64,000 nucleotides of DNA from an uncultured Elusimicrobia bacterium (lineage in GTDB: Bacteria > Elusimicrobiota > Elusimicrobia > Elusimicrobiales > UBA9959): contig CAIPTO010000072.1 in assembly GCA_903867985.1 (NCBI GenBank), forward strand, positions 3,590 through 67,589, in the 5' to 3' direction. The notes under the pieces were generated by a model. That model saw only the letters and a program-made list of their open reading frames with translations. It ran no database searches and was not told where the DNA came from. Within the stretch, counting starts at the first letter, position 1. Each line of letters begins with the position of its first letter. Position numbers and translations under genes: made by a program. Shown here in pieces: positions 1 to 9,430 of this stretch.

Positions 1-756
1 AACGCCGGAATTATTTTGTCCGACGCAGATATAGATCTGGCGGTAAAAGAGTCTCTTGCCGGCGCACTGTCTTATAACGGCCAGCGCTGCACGGCCCTGA
101 AAATACTGTTCGTGCACCGCTCGATACAGAACGAGTTCCTGGAAAAACTGGTCACCCGAATAGACAGAATAAAAGCCGGCATGCCCTGGGAGCCTGAAGT
201 AAAAATAACACCTCTGCCCGAAGACGAGAAGATTTCTTACCTGGCTGACGTGATATCCGACGCTAAAAAATACGGCGCGAAAGTGATAAACGAAGGCGGA
301 GGCATGACCAACGGAAATTTCGTCCACCCCGCGGTGCTCTACCCGGTCAATAATAAAATGCGCCTGTGGCGCGAGGAACAGTTCGGCCCCGTTATCCCGG
401 TGGCGCCTTTCGACGACATAAAAGAGCCGCTTAAATACGTGGTTGATTCCGACTTCGGCCAGCAGGTAAGCATCTTCGGTTCCGACGAAACCAAGATCGG
501 CCCGATGCTCGACACCCTGGTAAACCAGGTCTGCCGGGTGAACATAAACAGCCAGTGCCAGCGCGGCCCCGACGCGTTCCCATTCACCGGACGTAAGGAC
601 TCTGCCGAAGGCACACTGTCAGTTTCAGACGCTCTGCGGATTTTTTCGATAAGGACCCTGGTGGCGACCAAAGATTCGGACGCCAATAAAAGACTCATCC
701 GGAACATTATACGAAACCGCACGTCCAAATTTTTATCTACTGATTTTATTCTGTAA
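1..756 (+). CDS. gapN: Aldehyde dehydrogenase family, non-phosphorylating NADP-dependent glyceraldehyde-3-phosphate dehydrogenase (GapN)-like; C-terminal part, 5' end lies outside the window
   Basis: The reading frame is open from base 1, so the TTG at 16 is not the real start. Catalytic-Cys motif NGQRCTA, EEQFGPV and the FPFTGRKDSAEG tail are typical of GapN-type ALDH. Confidence 0.75.
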   Translation, partial: NAGIILSDADIDLAVKESLAGALSYNGQRCTALKILFVHRSIQNEFLEKLVTRIDRIKAGMPWEPEVKITPLPEDEKISYLADVISDAKKYGAKVINEGGGMTNGNFVHPAVLYPVNNKMRLWREEQFGPVIPVAPFDDIKEPLKYVVDSDFGQQVSIFGSDETKIGPMLDTLVNQVCRVNINSQCQRGPDAFPFTGRKDSAEGTLSVSDALRIFSIRTLVATKDSDANKRLIRNIIRNRTSKFLSTDFIL

Positions 757-769
757 ATGGGTTTAATTT

Positions 770-1402
770 ATGAAAAACGGGGAAATTTCCGGAATAATCG
801 CTATCTTGAAAAAACACTATCCCAAAGCGGACTGTTCGCTGGACCATCACAGCCCTTTCGAGCTCCTGATATCAACCATACTTTCGGCGCAATGCACCGA
901 CCAGCGTGTGAACATGGTAACGCCTATACTGTTCAAAAAATATCCCGGAGCGAAGCAAATGAGCTCGGCCCCGCTCAGGGATCTTGAGGCGATTATACGC
1001 TCCACCGGGTTTTACCACTCAAAAGCCCTGTCAATAAAGGAAACTTCCAGGGCCCTGACAGAGAATTTCGGCGGAAAAGTGCCGGTCGACATGGACAAAC
1101 TTCTGACGCTTCGCGGCGTGGCCAGAAAAACGGCCAATGTGGTACTGGGCAGCGGCTACGGCATAGCCGCCGGAGTGGTCGTAGACACACATGTCAAACG
1201 CCTGGCGTTCCGATTGGGCCTGACCGGGGAAACTGATCCTATCCGAATAGAGAAAGATTTGATGGAGAAAATTGAAAAAAAAGATTGGATCTGGTTCGCG
1301 CATGCGCTTGTACACCATGGCAGGGCCGTCTGCCAGGCCAGAAATCCGGATTGTCCACACTGCGTCCTTAGCAAACTGTGCCCCAGGAACGGGGTGCTGT
1401 AG
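770..1402 (+). CDS. nth: Endonuclease III (DNA glycosylase/AP lyase)
   Basis: HhH-GPD signature (LRGVARKTANVVL) and the C-terminal 4Fe-4S cluster loop CQARNPDCPHCVLSKLC; typical 210 aa length. Confidence 0.95.
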   Translation: MKNGEISGIIAILKKHYPKADCSLDHHSPFELLISTILSAQCTDQRVNMVTPILFKKYPGAKQMSSAPLRDLEAIIRSTGFYHSKALSIKETSRALTENFGGKVPVDMDKLLTLRGVARKTANVVLGSGYGIAAGVVVDTHVKRLAFRLGLTGETDPIRIEKDLMEKIEKKDWIWFAHALVHHGRAVCQARNPDCPHCVLSKLCPRNGVL

Positions 1403-1557
1403 ACGCAAAGCCGTCTAGCAACTTGGAGGCACAGCCAACTGGCAATTTAGAGGCAAGGCCATCTGGCAACTCAGCGGGCGATATAGCGATTTAGACGCAA
1501 AGCAATTCAGTAATTTAGCTAGAGCGTCTTGCTTCTAGATTGCTTTGCATCTCAATT
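1400..1557. repeat. Array of about six tandem degenerate 19-25 nt units (TTAGAGGCAAGGCCATCTGGCAACT-like), with inverted copies at the 3' end
   Basis: Units read directly: tagacgcaaagccgtctagcaact / tggaggcacagccaactggcaat / ttagaggcaaggccatctggcaact / cagcgggcgatatagcgat / ttagacgcaaagcaattcagtaat. These are followed by inverted copies (attgctttgcatct is complementary to agacgcaaagcaat in 13 of 14 positions). Confidence 0.8.
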
Positions 1558-1595
1558 AAAAAAAGGACAGGCTGATATGAAGCCTGTCCTTTTTT
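1558..1595. terminator. Bidirectional rho-independent terminator between convergent nth and the GAF/PAS gene
   Basis: Perfect 9-bp stem ggacaggct/agcctgtcc with a 7-nt loop, flanked by an A-run upstream and a T-run downstream. Confidence 0.8.
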
Positions 1596-1609
1596 GCGGC
1601 AGTCCGGTT

Positions 1610-2467
1610 TTAAATGTTTGTAATGTCCTGGAAGATCACACCGGCTCCGCTTACTTTTCCATCTACGCTTTTTATATTTATGGAGCTATAGCCGATAATT
1701 TTGGTTTTGCCGTTGATAGAGTATTTGAACTCCTGCCGGCGCACGGTCTTGCCCTGTGTCAGCACGTCGCCAATGGCGCTGACAATATCCGGGGATAGTT
1801 GGAAGACGGAGATAATATTTTTATTGAGATAGTCATCGCCCACTTCAAATATTTCTTTGGCCTTGGGGTTGAAAAATATAATCTTTCCATCCAGGTCTAC
1901 GCCTATAAATCCGCCTGAGAGGTTATTAATAGTGCTCTCCCCTTTTAGGCTAAACTGCTTAATGGTCGTCTCCAGGCGGCCCATGTAGATATCACGGGCC
2001 GCGTAATGCGTGATTATTGATGCCAATTCCAGATCCTGCGCGCTGAAAGTCCCCTGCGAGCAATTGATAAATTCCACCACGCCAAGAAGCTTGCCGCCGG
2101 CAACAGCGGGAACAGCCAGGATATCTCTGGTTTTAAATCCCGTGCCATAATCTACTTTGTTGGTAAAACGCAGATCCGCTTCCACATCGTTCACAAGAAT
2201 GGGTTTACGGGTTTCCGCGCACCAGCCGGCTATACCCTGATAGCCAAAACTGACACCCATCAGATTCGCGCTCACCGGTCCGATGCACTGCTTAAAAGTA
2301 AGGGTCCTTTTAGCCTCGTCCGCTTCTAAATAGGTGGCGGCCTGGCAGCCGATAACTGAAGAGGCTTTTTTTATAAGATAATCCCAAAGTTCGTCTTCAG
2401 TTTTGGCCTTGCCGGAGGAAAAATCCTCGAACAGTCCGTATAGCATCGAAAAATAATCGCGATTCAT
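1610..2467 (-). CDS. GAF domain plus PAS domain signalling protein with no recognisable output domain
   Basis: The N-terminal half looks GAF-like (GIAGWCAETRKPILVNDV...AVPAVAGGKLLGVVEF). The C-terminal roughly 110 aa look PAS-like (GFIGVDLDGKIIFFNPKAKEIF...). The start overlaps the amidase stop (ATGA). Confidence 0.7.
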   Translation of the reverse strand: MNRDYFSMLYGLFEDFSSGKAKTEDELWDYLIKKASSVIGCQAATYLEADEAKRTLTFKQCIGPVSANLMGVSFGYQGIAGWCAETRKPILVNDVEADLRFTNKVDYGTGFKTRDILAVPAVAGGKLLGVVEFINCSQGTFSAQDLELASIITHYAARDIYMGRLETTIKQFSLKGESTINNLSGGFIGVDLDGKIIFFNPKAKEIFEVGDDYLNKNIISVFQLSPDIVSAIGDVLTQGKTVRRQEFKYSINGKTKIIGYSSINIKSVDGKVSGAGVIFQDITNI

Positions 2468-4350
2468 TTTTTCACCTTTTTGGCGGGGAGTGCCCCGCTC
2501 TTCTTGTTCGACGCCCGTACCACGGGGGCAATCCTCGATACGGGCTTTGGTTTTGTATCCGGCTTTCGGATCACGTGTTCCGCGCCGGAAGGGGTGGGGC
2601 GGGGCCGCACCTTGAAGAAGTCGAGCACCCCGGCAGCGATCGTCTCCGCCAGTTTGGCCTGAAAGGCCGGAGTATTAAGCATTTCTTCCTGTTCCGGCAT
2701 AATCATATAAGCGCTCTCAACAAGCACAGCCGGCATAGAGGTCATGCGCGCCACGGCATAGTCGCCAAAGCGTAATCCCTCATCCGGCAACGGGATATTT
2801 TTAACATAGGAACGGTGAACGGCCCTGGCCAGTCCGTAACTGTGCCGCTGATAATGGTACACCGCAAACCCCCTGGGCTGGGAAAACGGGTCCTCACCGT
2901 CGCCAATGGCGTTATTGTGAAGACTGATATAGATATCTCCTTTATAATCTTTGGCGATTTTTGGCCTGTCAGTCAGTTGAACATTCTCGTCGCCGTAGCG
3001 CGTCATAAAGACAGTCGCGCCCAAACTGGCAAGAGCATCTTTTAATTTATCGGCAGTGACGCGATTGACCTGGTATTCAAAAGTTCCCATGGGGCCGATG
3101 GCTCCGTCGTAGGGCTGCACCAGTTTGGGTGAATGCCCAGGGTCCAGCACAACCCGCAGACCGGCCAGCGGCTTAGGCCAGACTCCGGATACGACCGGCA
3201 TCTTTTTAAGTTCCACATTCAGGGCCCGCGTACCCGAAATTACATCATAGCCTCCCAATTCTGAACCGGGCATTAATTCAAAATCCACTGCGACAGTGTT
3301 CTCAGCTATTTGCGAAAAACGCACCTGTCGAACAAAGGTATCCGAGGAATCATAGACAACATAGTTGCTGTGCAGCTTGGTGTAATAAAGCGTTAACCGC
3401 AGAGAGTTCTCACGTTCCTCGGCGGCATACGCAGCCGGATACTGCATAGTAATGGAGGCTGTTGTGCCGGTCTCCGTCTTCTTGAGACGGATAGTGCCGG
3501 TCTCGTTCTGAGGAGCGAAAGCCGTATCTGCGGCGATCTCCACCTTGGAATCATCCACCCATCCGGTCTCGGATGACGACAGCCTGATGCGGCGGTTGCT
3601 GCCCGACCGGCCGTCTGAAACCATCTTTACGCCTTTAGGAAGGAACATCATGTAACCCGAGTCTATACCGTTGCGGAGTATTACGGTATCCGTGGAAGTC
3701 TCGACAATTACAGGACTCCTGAGAATACTGATATGTCCCTTTGACATCGCGTGCGCCCCGGACGCAAAAAGCCCGGTTTTGAACTTCACGCTCAGTTCGG
3801 CTTTGTCGGCCTCATCGGAATCTTTCACGCGGTAGACGCCAAAATAGCGGCCGGAGCCACGAGGCAACTCCTTCATTTCAACATCCGGCGCAACGTTCTT
3901 TATGGTGAACGCGGCGGCGCGGCCGGGCGTGCCGGCGGCCTGGACCTCAATATTATCTCCTGGCGAAATGTCGAGATCTGACGATGGGGAGATAAATTCA
4001 AGGCGCAGGCTTCCGGTGGAAATCACGGACTGCGGACTGGTCCTGATCTTTATCCTTCTGGAGTAAGTCGTGGTTGCACCGTTCAAAAGTTCGCACTTGA
4101 AAACGAAGTTTCCCTCACTGACAGGCAGATAGGCGATGAAACCGCCGTTCCTGTAAACATTTATCTTAGTCCCGTTTATGTAAAAAGGGGCGGTAGGAGG
4201 CTTTATATTTCCAAAAATAAAGGTATTCTTCACGGACGGGAGCAGGTCTCCCTCCGAGGGATACGTGACTTTTATCTCCCCGGCCCGCGCCGCCCCCGCG
4301 GCAAAGCAGACGAGGATGGTCGAAGTCATAAAAATGGAGCGGAGTTTCAT
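2464..4350 (-). CDS. N-acetylmuramoyl-L-alanine amidase (Amidase_3 family) with signal peptide and a long N-terminal beta-rich region
   Basis: Signal peptide MKLRSIFMTSTILVCFAAGAARA. C-terminal catalytic domain motifs VVLDPGHSP, ISLHNNA and AVLVESAYM. Confidence 0.8.
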   Translation of the reverse strand: MKLRSIFMTSTILVCFAAGAARAGEIKVTYPSEGDLLPSVKNTFIFGNIKPPTAPFYINGTKINVYRNGGFIAYLPVSEGNFVFKCELLNGATTTYSRRIKIRTSPQSVISTGSLRLEFISPSSDLDISPGDNIEVQAAGTPGRAAAFTIKNVAPDVEMKELPRGSGRYFGVYRVKDSDEADKAELSVKFKTGLFASGAHAMSKGHISILRSPVIVETSTDTVILRNGIDSGYMMFLPKGVKMVSDGRSGSNRRIRLSSSETGWVDDSKVEIAADTAFAPQNETGTIRLKKTETGTTASITMQYPAAYAAEERENSLRLTLYYTKLHSNYVVYDSSDTFVRQVRFSQIAENTVAVDFELMPGSELGGYDVISGTRALNVELKKMPVVSGVWPKPLAGLRVVLDPGHSPKLVQPYDGAIGPMGTFEYQVNRVTADKLKDALASLGATVFMTRYGDENVQLTDRPKIAKDYKGDIYISLHNNAIGDGEDPFSQPRGFAVYHYQRHSYGLARAVHRSYVKNIPLPDEGLRFGDYAVARMTSMPAVLVESAYMIMPEQEEMLNTPAFQAKLAETIAAGVLDFFKVRPRPTPSGAEHVIRKPDTKPKPVSRIAPVVRASNKKSGALPAKKVKK

Positions 4351-4410
4351 ATTAAAGTATTTTCATTATAATATATTTTAGCCCCCCGGATTTTCAAGAT
4401 GATTGCAAAA

Positions 4411-5625
4411 TCACCCCTCCGACAGAGGCGACCGTCCAGGCGCGGCACTATCGTTTAAGGCTATGGCCGCTACGAAACCGGCTATGGCGAGAAGTGAGGC
4501 TGCCATAAAAACCGATTCGTAGCCATAAGCGGCCCAAAGTATACCGCCCAGAGCCGGCATCAGCATCGAGACCGCGTGATCCATGGTGACCCCCAGCGAC
4601 AATGTCGGGGCTATATCAGATCTATGCACTGCCAGCTTATTAAGGTATGTGGTACGCGCTATGCGTGTGGCAAACATCAGGCTGTCCAGTATAAACAGCG
4701 CATATAAAAACGGCCTGAAAGTTGAGAAGGCGAAACCGCCGCATATTATCAGCAGAATAAGCGCGTCCGCTATAAACATTTTCCGCTCGCCTATCTTATC
4801 CACGAGCACGCCGAAGGCCTGCCGGAATACCACTCCCAGGAAATAGGCGGTCATAGCCAGCGCCGCCATAATGGCCGGGTTCGCGCCATAAACCGTCACC
4901 AGCACCCACGGCGCGAAGGTTAGAAATATCTGCTTTCGCGCCCCAAACAGTATATTCAGCAGGTAAAACCACTTGTATTTCCATCTAAAAACGAAACGTT
5001 TACCGCCGGCAACCTTGTCCTCGCCGTCTTTTTTCATTCGCGAAAATAGAAAGGCCGAAACCACCGAGGCCAGTGCTGCCGCCAGGAAAGCCCACTGATA
5101 AAGCTTCGGGGCAGCCGTCTTAGCGAGCAGCCATACCAGCCCGGCGCCGGAGATGGCCGCGAAATTGGTTATGCCGCTTATCTGGCCCAGCCTGCGCCCG
5201 TGCCCGCCCTCTCTGGCGAAGCGCAGGCCCATCACGCTCTCCACGGTCATAAAAAGGTGACCCCCGGTGCTCCACAGAAGCATCCACACCAGCATCAAAT
5301 GGTATGATGGCGACAGGAAACCCAGCCCCGCCACGCCCACCGCGGTAAGTAAACTTGTTATAACCGCCCACTGCCGAACCGGCAAAGCCGCAAGCCCGCC
5401 GGTGACGAAAATAAGCATAAAACCGGGGAACTCTCGCGGGAACTCCAGGAAGCCGCGCTGACTGGCTGACATCCTGAAAGAGTCGTTCAGATAGTTGTTG
5501 AAAGCTGAAGAGATAATGCCGGAATTTATACCCAGAAAGAACACACCGGCAAGGAAAGCCTTTAGAGCGGGGTCGGCCTTGTTCCATCGGGCATATATTT
5601 TCGAGGCATATGACGTAAGAGGCAT
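4411..5625 (-). CDS. MFS-type transporter
   Basis: About 12 predicted hydrophobic helices across 404 aa, with the basic cytoplasmic-loop pattern typical of the major facilitator superfamily. Confidence 0.65.
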   Translation of the reverse strand: MPLTSYASKIYARWNKADPALKAFLAGVFFLGINSGIISSAFNNYLNDSFRMSASQRGFLEFPREFPGFMLIFVTGGLAALPVRQWAVITSLLTAVGVAGLGFLSPSYHLMLVWMLLWSTGGHLFMTVESVMGLRFAREGGHGRRLGQISGITNFAAISGAGLVWLLAKTAAPKLYQWAFLAAALASVVSAFLFSRMKKDGEDKVAGGKRFVFRWKYKWFYLLNILFGARKQIFLTFAPWVLVTVYGANPAIMAALAMTAYFLGVVFRQAFGVLVDKIGERKMFIADALILLIICGGFAFSTFRPFLYALFILDSLMFATRIARTTYLNKLAVHRSDIAPTLSLGVTMDHAVSMLMPALGGILWAAYGYESVFMAASLLAIAGFVAAIALNDSAAPGRSPLSEG

Positions 5626-5630
5626 AGCAG

Positions 5631-5660
5631 TTCAGAGGCAAAGGAGTCTAGATTGCCAGT
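5631..5660. repeat. Single copy of the AGAGGCAA-type repeat unit, immediately 5' of the MFS start codon
   Basis: ttcagaggcaaaggagtctagattgccag shares the agaggcaa(a/g)g core and the ctag/gcca spacing with units at 1447, 33836 and 39299 (reverse). Confidence 0.6.
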
Positions 5661-5868
5661 TTTGTTTACAGGATACGGTCAACTCTAAAAACCCATTCTC
5701 CATGTCAGTCGAGCCAGAAACAATCCAGACCAGCGGCACTCCCTCCACGTAAACCCGGAGACAAAACCTTACCGCAATTATATCATTTAGGTATACGGGC
5801 CAAAGCGCCGGACCGGCGCCTGTGATTTTTTGCCCTGCGACGCAGTTCTTATCTATAATCAGAAGTAT

Positions 5869-7080
5869 ATGAATATCTCCAAACTCAGGATTATTGCGAT
5901 ACTGCTCACGGTCTTCGTAGCGGGCGCCGGGATATTCACCTATACAAAATATAAGAAATTTTCCGGCTATCTCATAGAACAGATAAATTCGCAGACCGGC
6001 AAGAAACTGGGGCGCCAGATTAAATTCAAAAAAGTATCATTTTCGCCGTTGGAAGGCGTTGTAATAGACGAACCCTGCGTCTCCCGCGCGCCGGATTTCA
6101 CAAAGGGCAATTTCTTCTGCGCGGCGCGGGCTGTTATACGGCCGGAGCTGGACCAGCTGATGAAGAACCGCCTGTATTTCTCGAATATCGAACTTGAAAG
6201 GCCGGTGGTGAAAATCCGGGAAACCGGAGGCAAATGGGATTTTGAGGATCTGCTCGCCATGCTGCCTAAAACTTCTAAGGGGCTCTATATAACCTGGAAC
6301 GCCCGCAAACTGACGCTTAAGGAAGCGACACTGGAAATGGATTTAGGTTCTTCGGGCAACTCGATCGCTTTCGAGAACGCCGATCTAACATTGCTTCACT
6401 ACTCCGACCTGGCCGGAAATTTTTCGCTTAGTTTAAGCGGAGACCTGAAAACCGTTATTCAAGGGCAGCTCGTAACCGCGAAAACCTCTTTCAGGACCGA
6501 TCTCAATTTTGAATACACGGGGCTAACCTCCGCTTATGGCAGGGTGGAGTTCAGCGACGCGGCTATGGGCGCCGCCACGCTTAGAAAAGCTTCGCTTAAC
6601 TGGGAACTATTCAATATGCACAAATCTGCGCCGGAGAAGAACTATACCGCCGGCGCTAAAGCGGAAGGATTGTTCATCCCGGCCCAGAGCTGCGACGCGT
6701 CACAGTCGGTTAACAGCGCCTTGACGCTGCTCTCCGAAATTATGGGTAAAGCAAGCCCCAGGTGCGACGACATAGAGATGACCAGTCTGGCGCTGGATTT
6801 TGCCCTTAATGACGGCATACTGCGCATAAAACAACTGAATCTGGATACAAATTTTTTGAATCTGAAAACCACATATGAGCTTAACGGCCCGGCCCGGACC
6901 GTGGATATGGCGCTAGCGGCTTCCTCCGGCGAAAACAAGCTGAACCTTACAGCCAAAGGCCCCATGGATAAACCCGAAATACTGCCGGTCATGTCCGTTA
7001 CTCTTAACCGCAAACTGATCGGTGTGGTGCGTGACATCAACGCCGCGTTCTTAAAAACATTCCCGATTGCAGGCGAATGA
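5869..7080 (+). CDS. AsmA-like / DUF748-like membrane-anchored protein
   Basis: An ATG at 5869 gives an N-terminal TM anchor (KLRIIAILLTVFVAGAGIF), followed by a long beta-rich periplasmic region resembling the AsmA family. The TTG at 5830 is less likely to be the start. Confidence 0.5.
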   Translation: MNISKLRIIAILLTVFVAGAGIFTYTKYKKFSGYLIEQINSQTGKKLGRQIKFKKVSFSPLEGVVIDEPCVSRAPDFTKGNFFCAARAVIRPELDQLMKNRLYFSNIELERPVVKIRETGGKWDFEDLLAMLPKTSKGLYITWNARKLTLKEATLEMDLGSSGNSIAFENADLTLLHYSDLAGNFSLSLSGDLKTVIQGQLVTAKTSFRTDLNFEYTGLTSAYGRVEFSDAAMGAATLRKASLNWELFNMHKSAPEKNYTAGAKAEGLFIPAQSCDASQSVNSALTLLSEIMGKASPRCDDIEMTSLALDFALNDGILRIKQLNLDTNFLNLKTTYELNGPARTVDMALAASSGENKLNLTAKGPMDKPEILPVMSVTLNRKLIGVVRDINAAFLKTFPIAGE

Positions 7081-7094
7081 CAGGAGAAAAAGCA

Positions 7095-8459
7095 ATGTCT
7101 AAGAAAGTCCTTATCATCGGCTCAGGGCCCGCCGGCTATCCGGCAGCTTTACGACTGAAAGAACTGGGGGCCGAACCCACCGTCGTGGAATCCTGGGATT
7201 TTGGCGGCACGTGCCTCAACCGCGGCTGCATCCCTTCAAAATCATTTCTTGACGTTGGATACCGGGTCCATTCCATGGATGTAATTAAGGAACTGATGGC
7301 CGACGGCAAGACACTGGATTTCAGCCCTGATATGCTTTCCTGGGATAAAATAAAGGCCCGCCGCGCAGCAGCCGTGGAAAAACTCCGGACCTCGCTTGAG
7401 AAGCTTTTTCAAATAAAAAAAATTGAGGTAATGCGCGGCAAAGCGGCGTTTACCGGACCTAACGAAGCGACCATAGCCATGGCTACGGGCCCTGTCGTCA
7501 AAAGTTTCGATTACGCCATCATCGCTTCCGGGACAAGGCCGGGGTTCCCCCCGCCTTTTGACGCTTTCAAGTCGCAGTTGACCGATTCCGATCGCGTATT
7601 TGATATGGCGAGGCTGCCCAAATCCGTCACCATAGTGGGCGGAGGCGTCATCGGGCTTGAATTCGCCTGCTTCTTTAATTCGCTTGGGGCGGCGGTGTCG
7701 GTCGTGGAGCTCATGCCTAACATCCTGGCCGGAGAGGATGACGCTGTGGTACGAACGCTTAAAACTTCTTTTGAAAAACGCGGCATAAAATTTCATCTCG
7801 GCAAAAAAACCGCCGGAGTGGAGATTGGCGCCGGAATAAAAACCCTTATATTGGACGACGGCTCAAAGATCGTCTCGCAGGAGGTGCTGGTGGGCGCGGG
7901 ACGATACGCGGACCTCTCCGCGTTTGGCCTTGAGAAACTGGGCCTTAAATGGGACCGTAAAGGCATAAAGGTCGACGCAGGCATGCGCACCGGGATAGAG
8001 AACATCTACGCCGCCGGGGACATCAACGGCATTTCGCTACTGGCTCATTCCGCCACCCGCCAAGGCGAAATTGCGGCTGAAAACATTATGGGCGCGAACC
8101 GCGTGTTTGACGAGGGCATAGTGCCCAAATGCATTTACACCTGGCCCGAGGTGGCGACTGTAGGAATAAACAAAGCCCAAGCCGAGCTCAGGGGGCTTGC
8201 CGTAAAAACCTCGCGGGCTTATTTTCTTGGCATAGGCAAGGCCGTAACGCACGATGAGACGGAAGGTTTCGCCCAGATAGTTTACGACGCGGCCGATGAA
8301 ACTATCCTGGGCGCCCAGATAGCGGGCGGGACGGCCACCGAGCTCATACATCTGCTGGCAGTGGCCGTCAAGTTCAAGCTGAAGCGTCAGGATATGCGCG
8401 AGATCATCTACGCCCACCCCACTATGGCTGAAGTTATACACGAGGCGCTCAATAAGTAG
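7095..8459 (+). CDS. lpdA: Dihydrolipoyl dehydrogenase (E3 / L-protein type flavoprotein disulfide reductase)
   Basis: GSGPAGY FAD-binding fold, redox-active disulfide GGTCLNRGCIPSK, second GGGVIGLE NAD fold and a C-terminal HPT dimerisation motif. AGGAG SD 8 nt upstream of the ATG at 7095. Confidence 0.85.
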   Translation: MSKKVLIIGSGPAGYPAALRLKELGAEPTVVESWDFGGTCLNRGCIPSKSFLDVGYRVHSMDVIKELMADGKTLDFSPDMLSWDKIKARRAAAVEKLRTSLEKLFQIKKIEVMRGKAAFTGPNEATIAMATGPVVKSFDYAIIASGTRPGFPPPFDAFKSQLTDSDRVFDMARLPKSVTIVGGGVIGLEFACFFNSLGAAVSVVELMPNILAGEDDAVVRTLKTSFEKRGIKFHLGKKTAGVEIGAGIKTLILDDGSKIVSQEVLVGAGRYADLSAFGLEKLGLKWDRKGIKVDAGMRTGIENIYAAGDINGISLLAHSATRQGEIAAENIMGANRVFDEGIVPKCIYTWPEVATVGINKAQAELRGLAVKTSRAYFLGIGKAVTHDETEGFAQIVYDAADETILGAQIAGGTATELIHLLAVAVKFKLKRQDMREIIYAHPTMAEVIHEALNK

Positions 8460-8514
8460 TACTAGCGAATGGCAGAACGATAAACTGTAAGTCGGACGCG
8501 GATTTATCAAATGG

Positions 8515-8553
8515 CTAATCCTCCAGTCCTCTAGTCGTCTAATCCTCTAACTT
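8515..8553. repeat. Five tandem degenerate 8-nt units (CTAATCCT-like) abutting the xth start codon
   Basis: ctaatcct ccagtcct ctagtcgt ctaatcct ctaactt, then ATG at 8554. The tract is pyrimidine-rich and no purine-rich SD is present. Confidence 0.7.
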
Positions 8554-9324
8554 ATGTCTATAAAAATTTTATCCTGGAACGTTAATGGCTACCGGTCAGC
8601 CCTTGCCAAAGGCTTTAAAAAATTCCTTGAAACCTCAGGAGCCGATATCGTCGGTCTGCAAGAGATAAAAGCCAGACCTGAACAGCTGAAGCCGGAGGAC
8701 ATGGCTTTCGCGGGCTACGAGTCGCGTTGGAACCCAGCCGAACGGAAGGGGTACAGCGGCGTGGCGACTTTTTTTAAAACCCGGCCGCTTTCCGTTTCGT
8801 ACGGTATGGGGATCGGGGAATATGACACAGAAGGCCGGGTCATAGCGCTGGAATATCCGGCTTTCCATCTCTTAAACGTTTATTTCCCTAACGGCGGACA
8901 GGGCCCCGAAAGACTGGCCTATAAACTTGATTTCTACGATGCTTTCCTGAAACATATCGAAACCTTGCGCAAAACCGGCAAGGCCGTTGTCTTCTGTGGA
9001 GATGTCAACACGGCTCATCGGGAAATTGATCTGGCCAGGCCTAAAGAAAACGTAAATAATTCCGGTTTTATGCCCATTGAACGCGCCTGGCTGGATAAAA
9101 TAACCGCCATGGACTGGATGGACACCTTCCGTCTTCTTCATCCGGAACCTGACAATTACACCTGGTGGGACTATAAAACGCGCGCCCGCGAACGCAACGT
9201 AGGCTGGCGGATAGATTATTTTTTTATAAATAGAGAGAAACAAAGTCTCGTAAAAGAGGCGTTCATACTCCCGGAGGTCCGGGGCTCCGACCACTGCCCC
9301 GCGGGATTAACTCTGAACCTGTGA
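8554..9324 (+). CDS. xth: Exodeoxyribonuclease III (AP endonuclease)
   Basis: ILSWNVNG N-terminus, QEIK, GDVNTAH, WWDY and C-terminal SDHCP motifs of the ExoIII/APE1 family. Confidence 0.93.
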   Translation: MSIKILSWNVNGYRSALAKGFKKFLETSGADIVGLQEIKARPEQLKPEDMAFAGYESRWNPAERKGYSGVATFFKTRPLSVSYGMGIGEYDTEGRVIALEYPAFHLLNVYFPNGGQGPERLAYKLDFYDAFLKHIETLRKTGKAVVFCGDVNTAHREIDLARPKENVNNSGFMPIERAWLDKITAMDWMDTFRLLHPEPDNYTWWDYKTRARERNVGWRIDYFFINREKQSLVKEAFILPEVRGSDHCPAGLTLNL

Positions 9325-9430
9325 CCTGACAGAGATTTATTGCGAGTGAGTGGACCTGTCATATTTTCCAATTTGCCACTCGCAATTAAAAGTTGTATGC
9401 TTAAAACTTAAGTACGTTTCAGGGGGAAAA

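Noticed and set aside
1400-1557. Possible CRISPR array, given the tandem ~24-nt units
   Set aside because: The units are contiguous and degenerate with no unique spacers of fixed length between them. Some copies are inverted, no cas genes are present in the window, and related units occur singly in other spacers.
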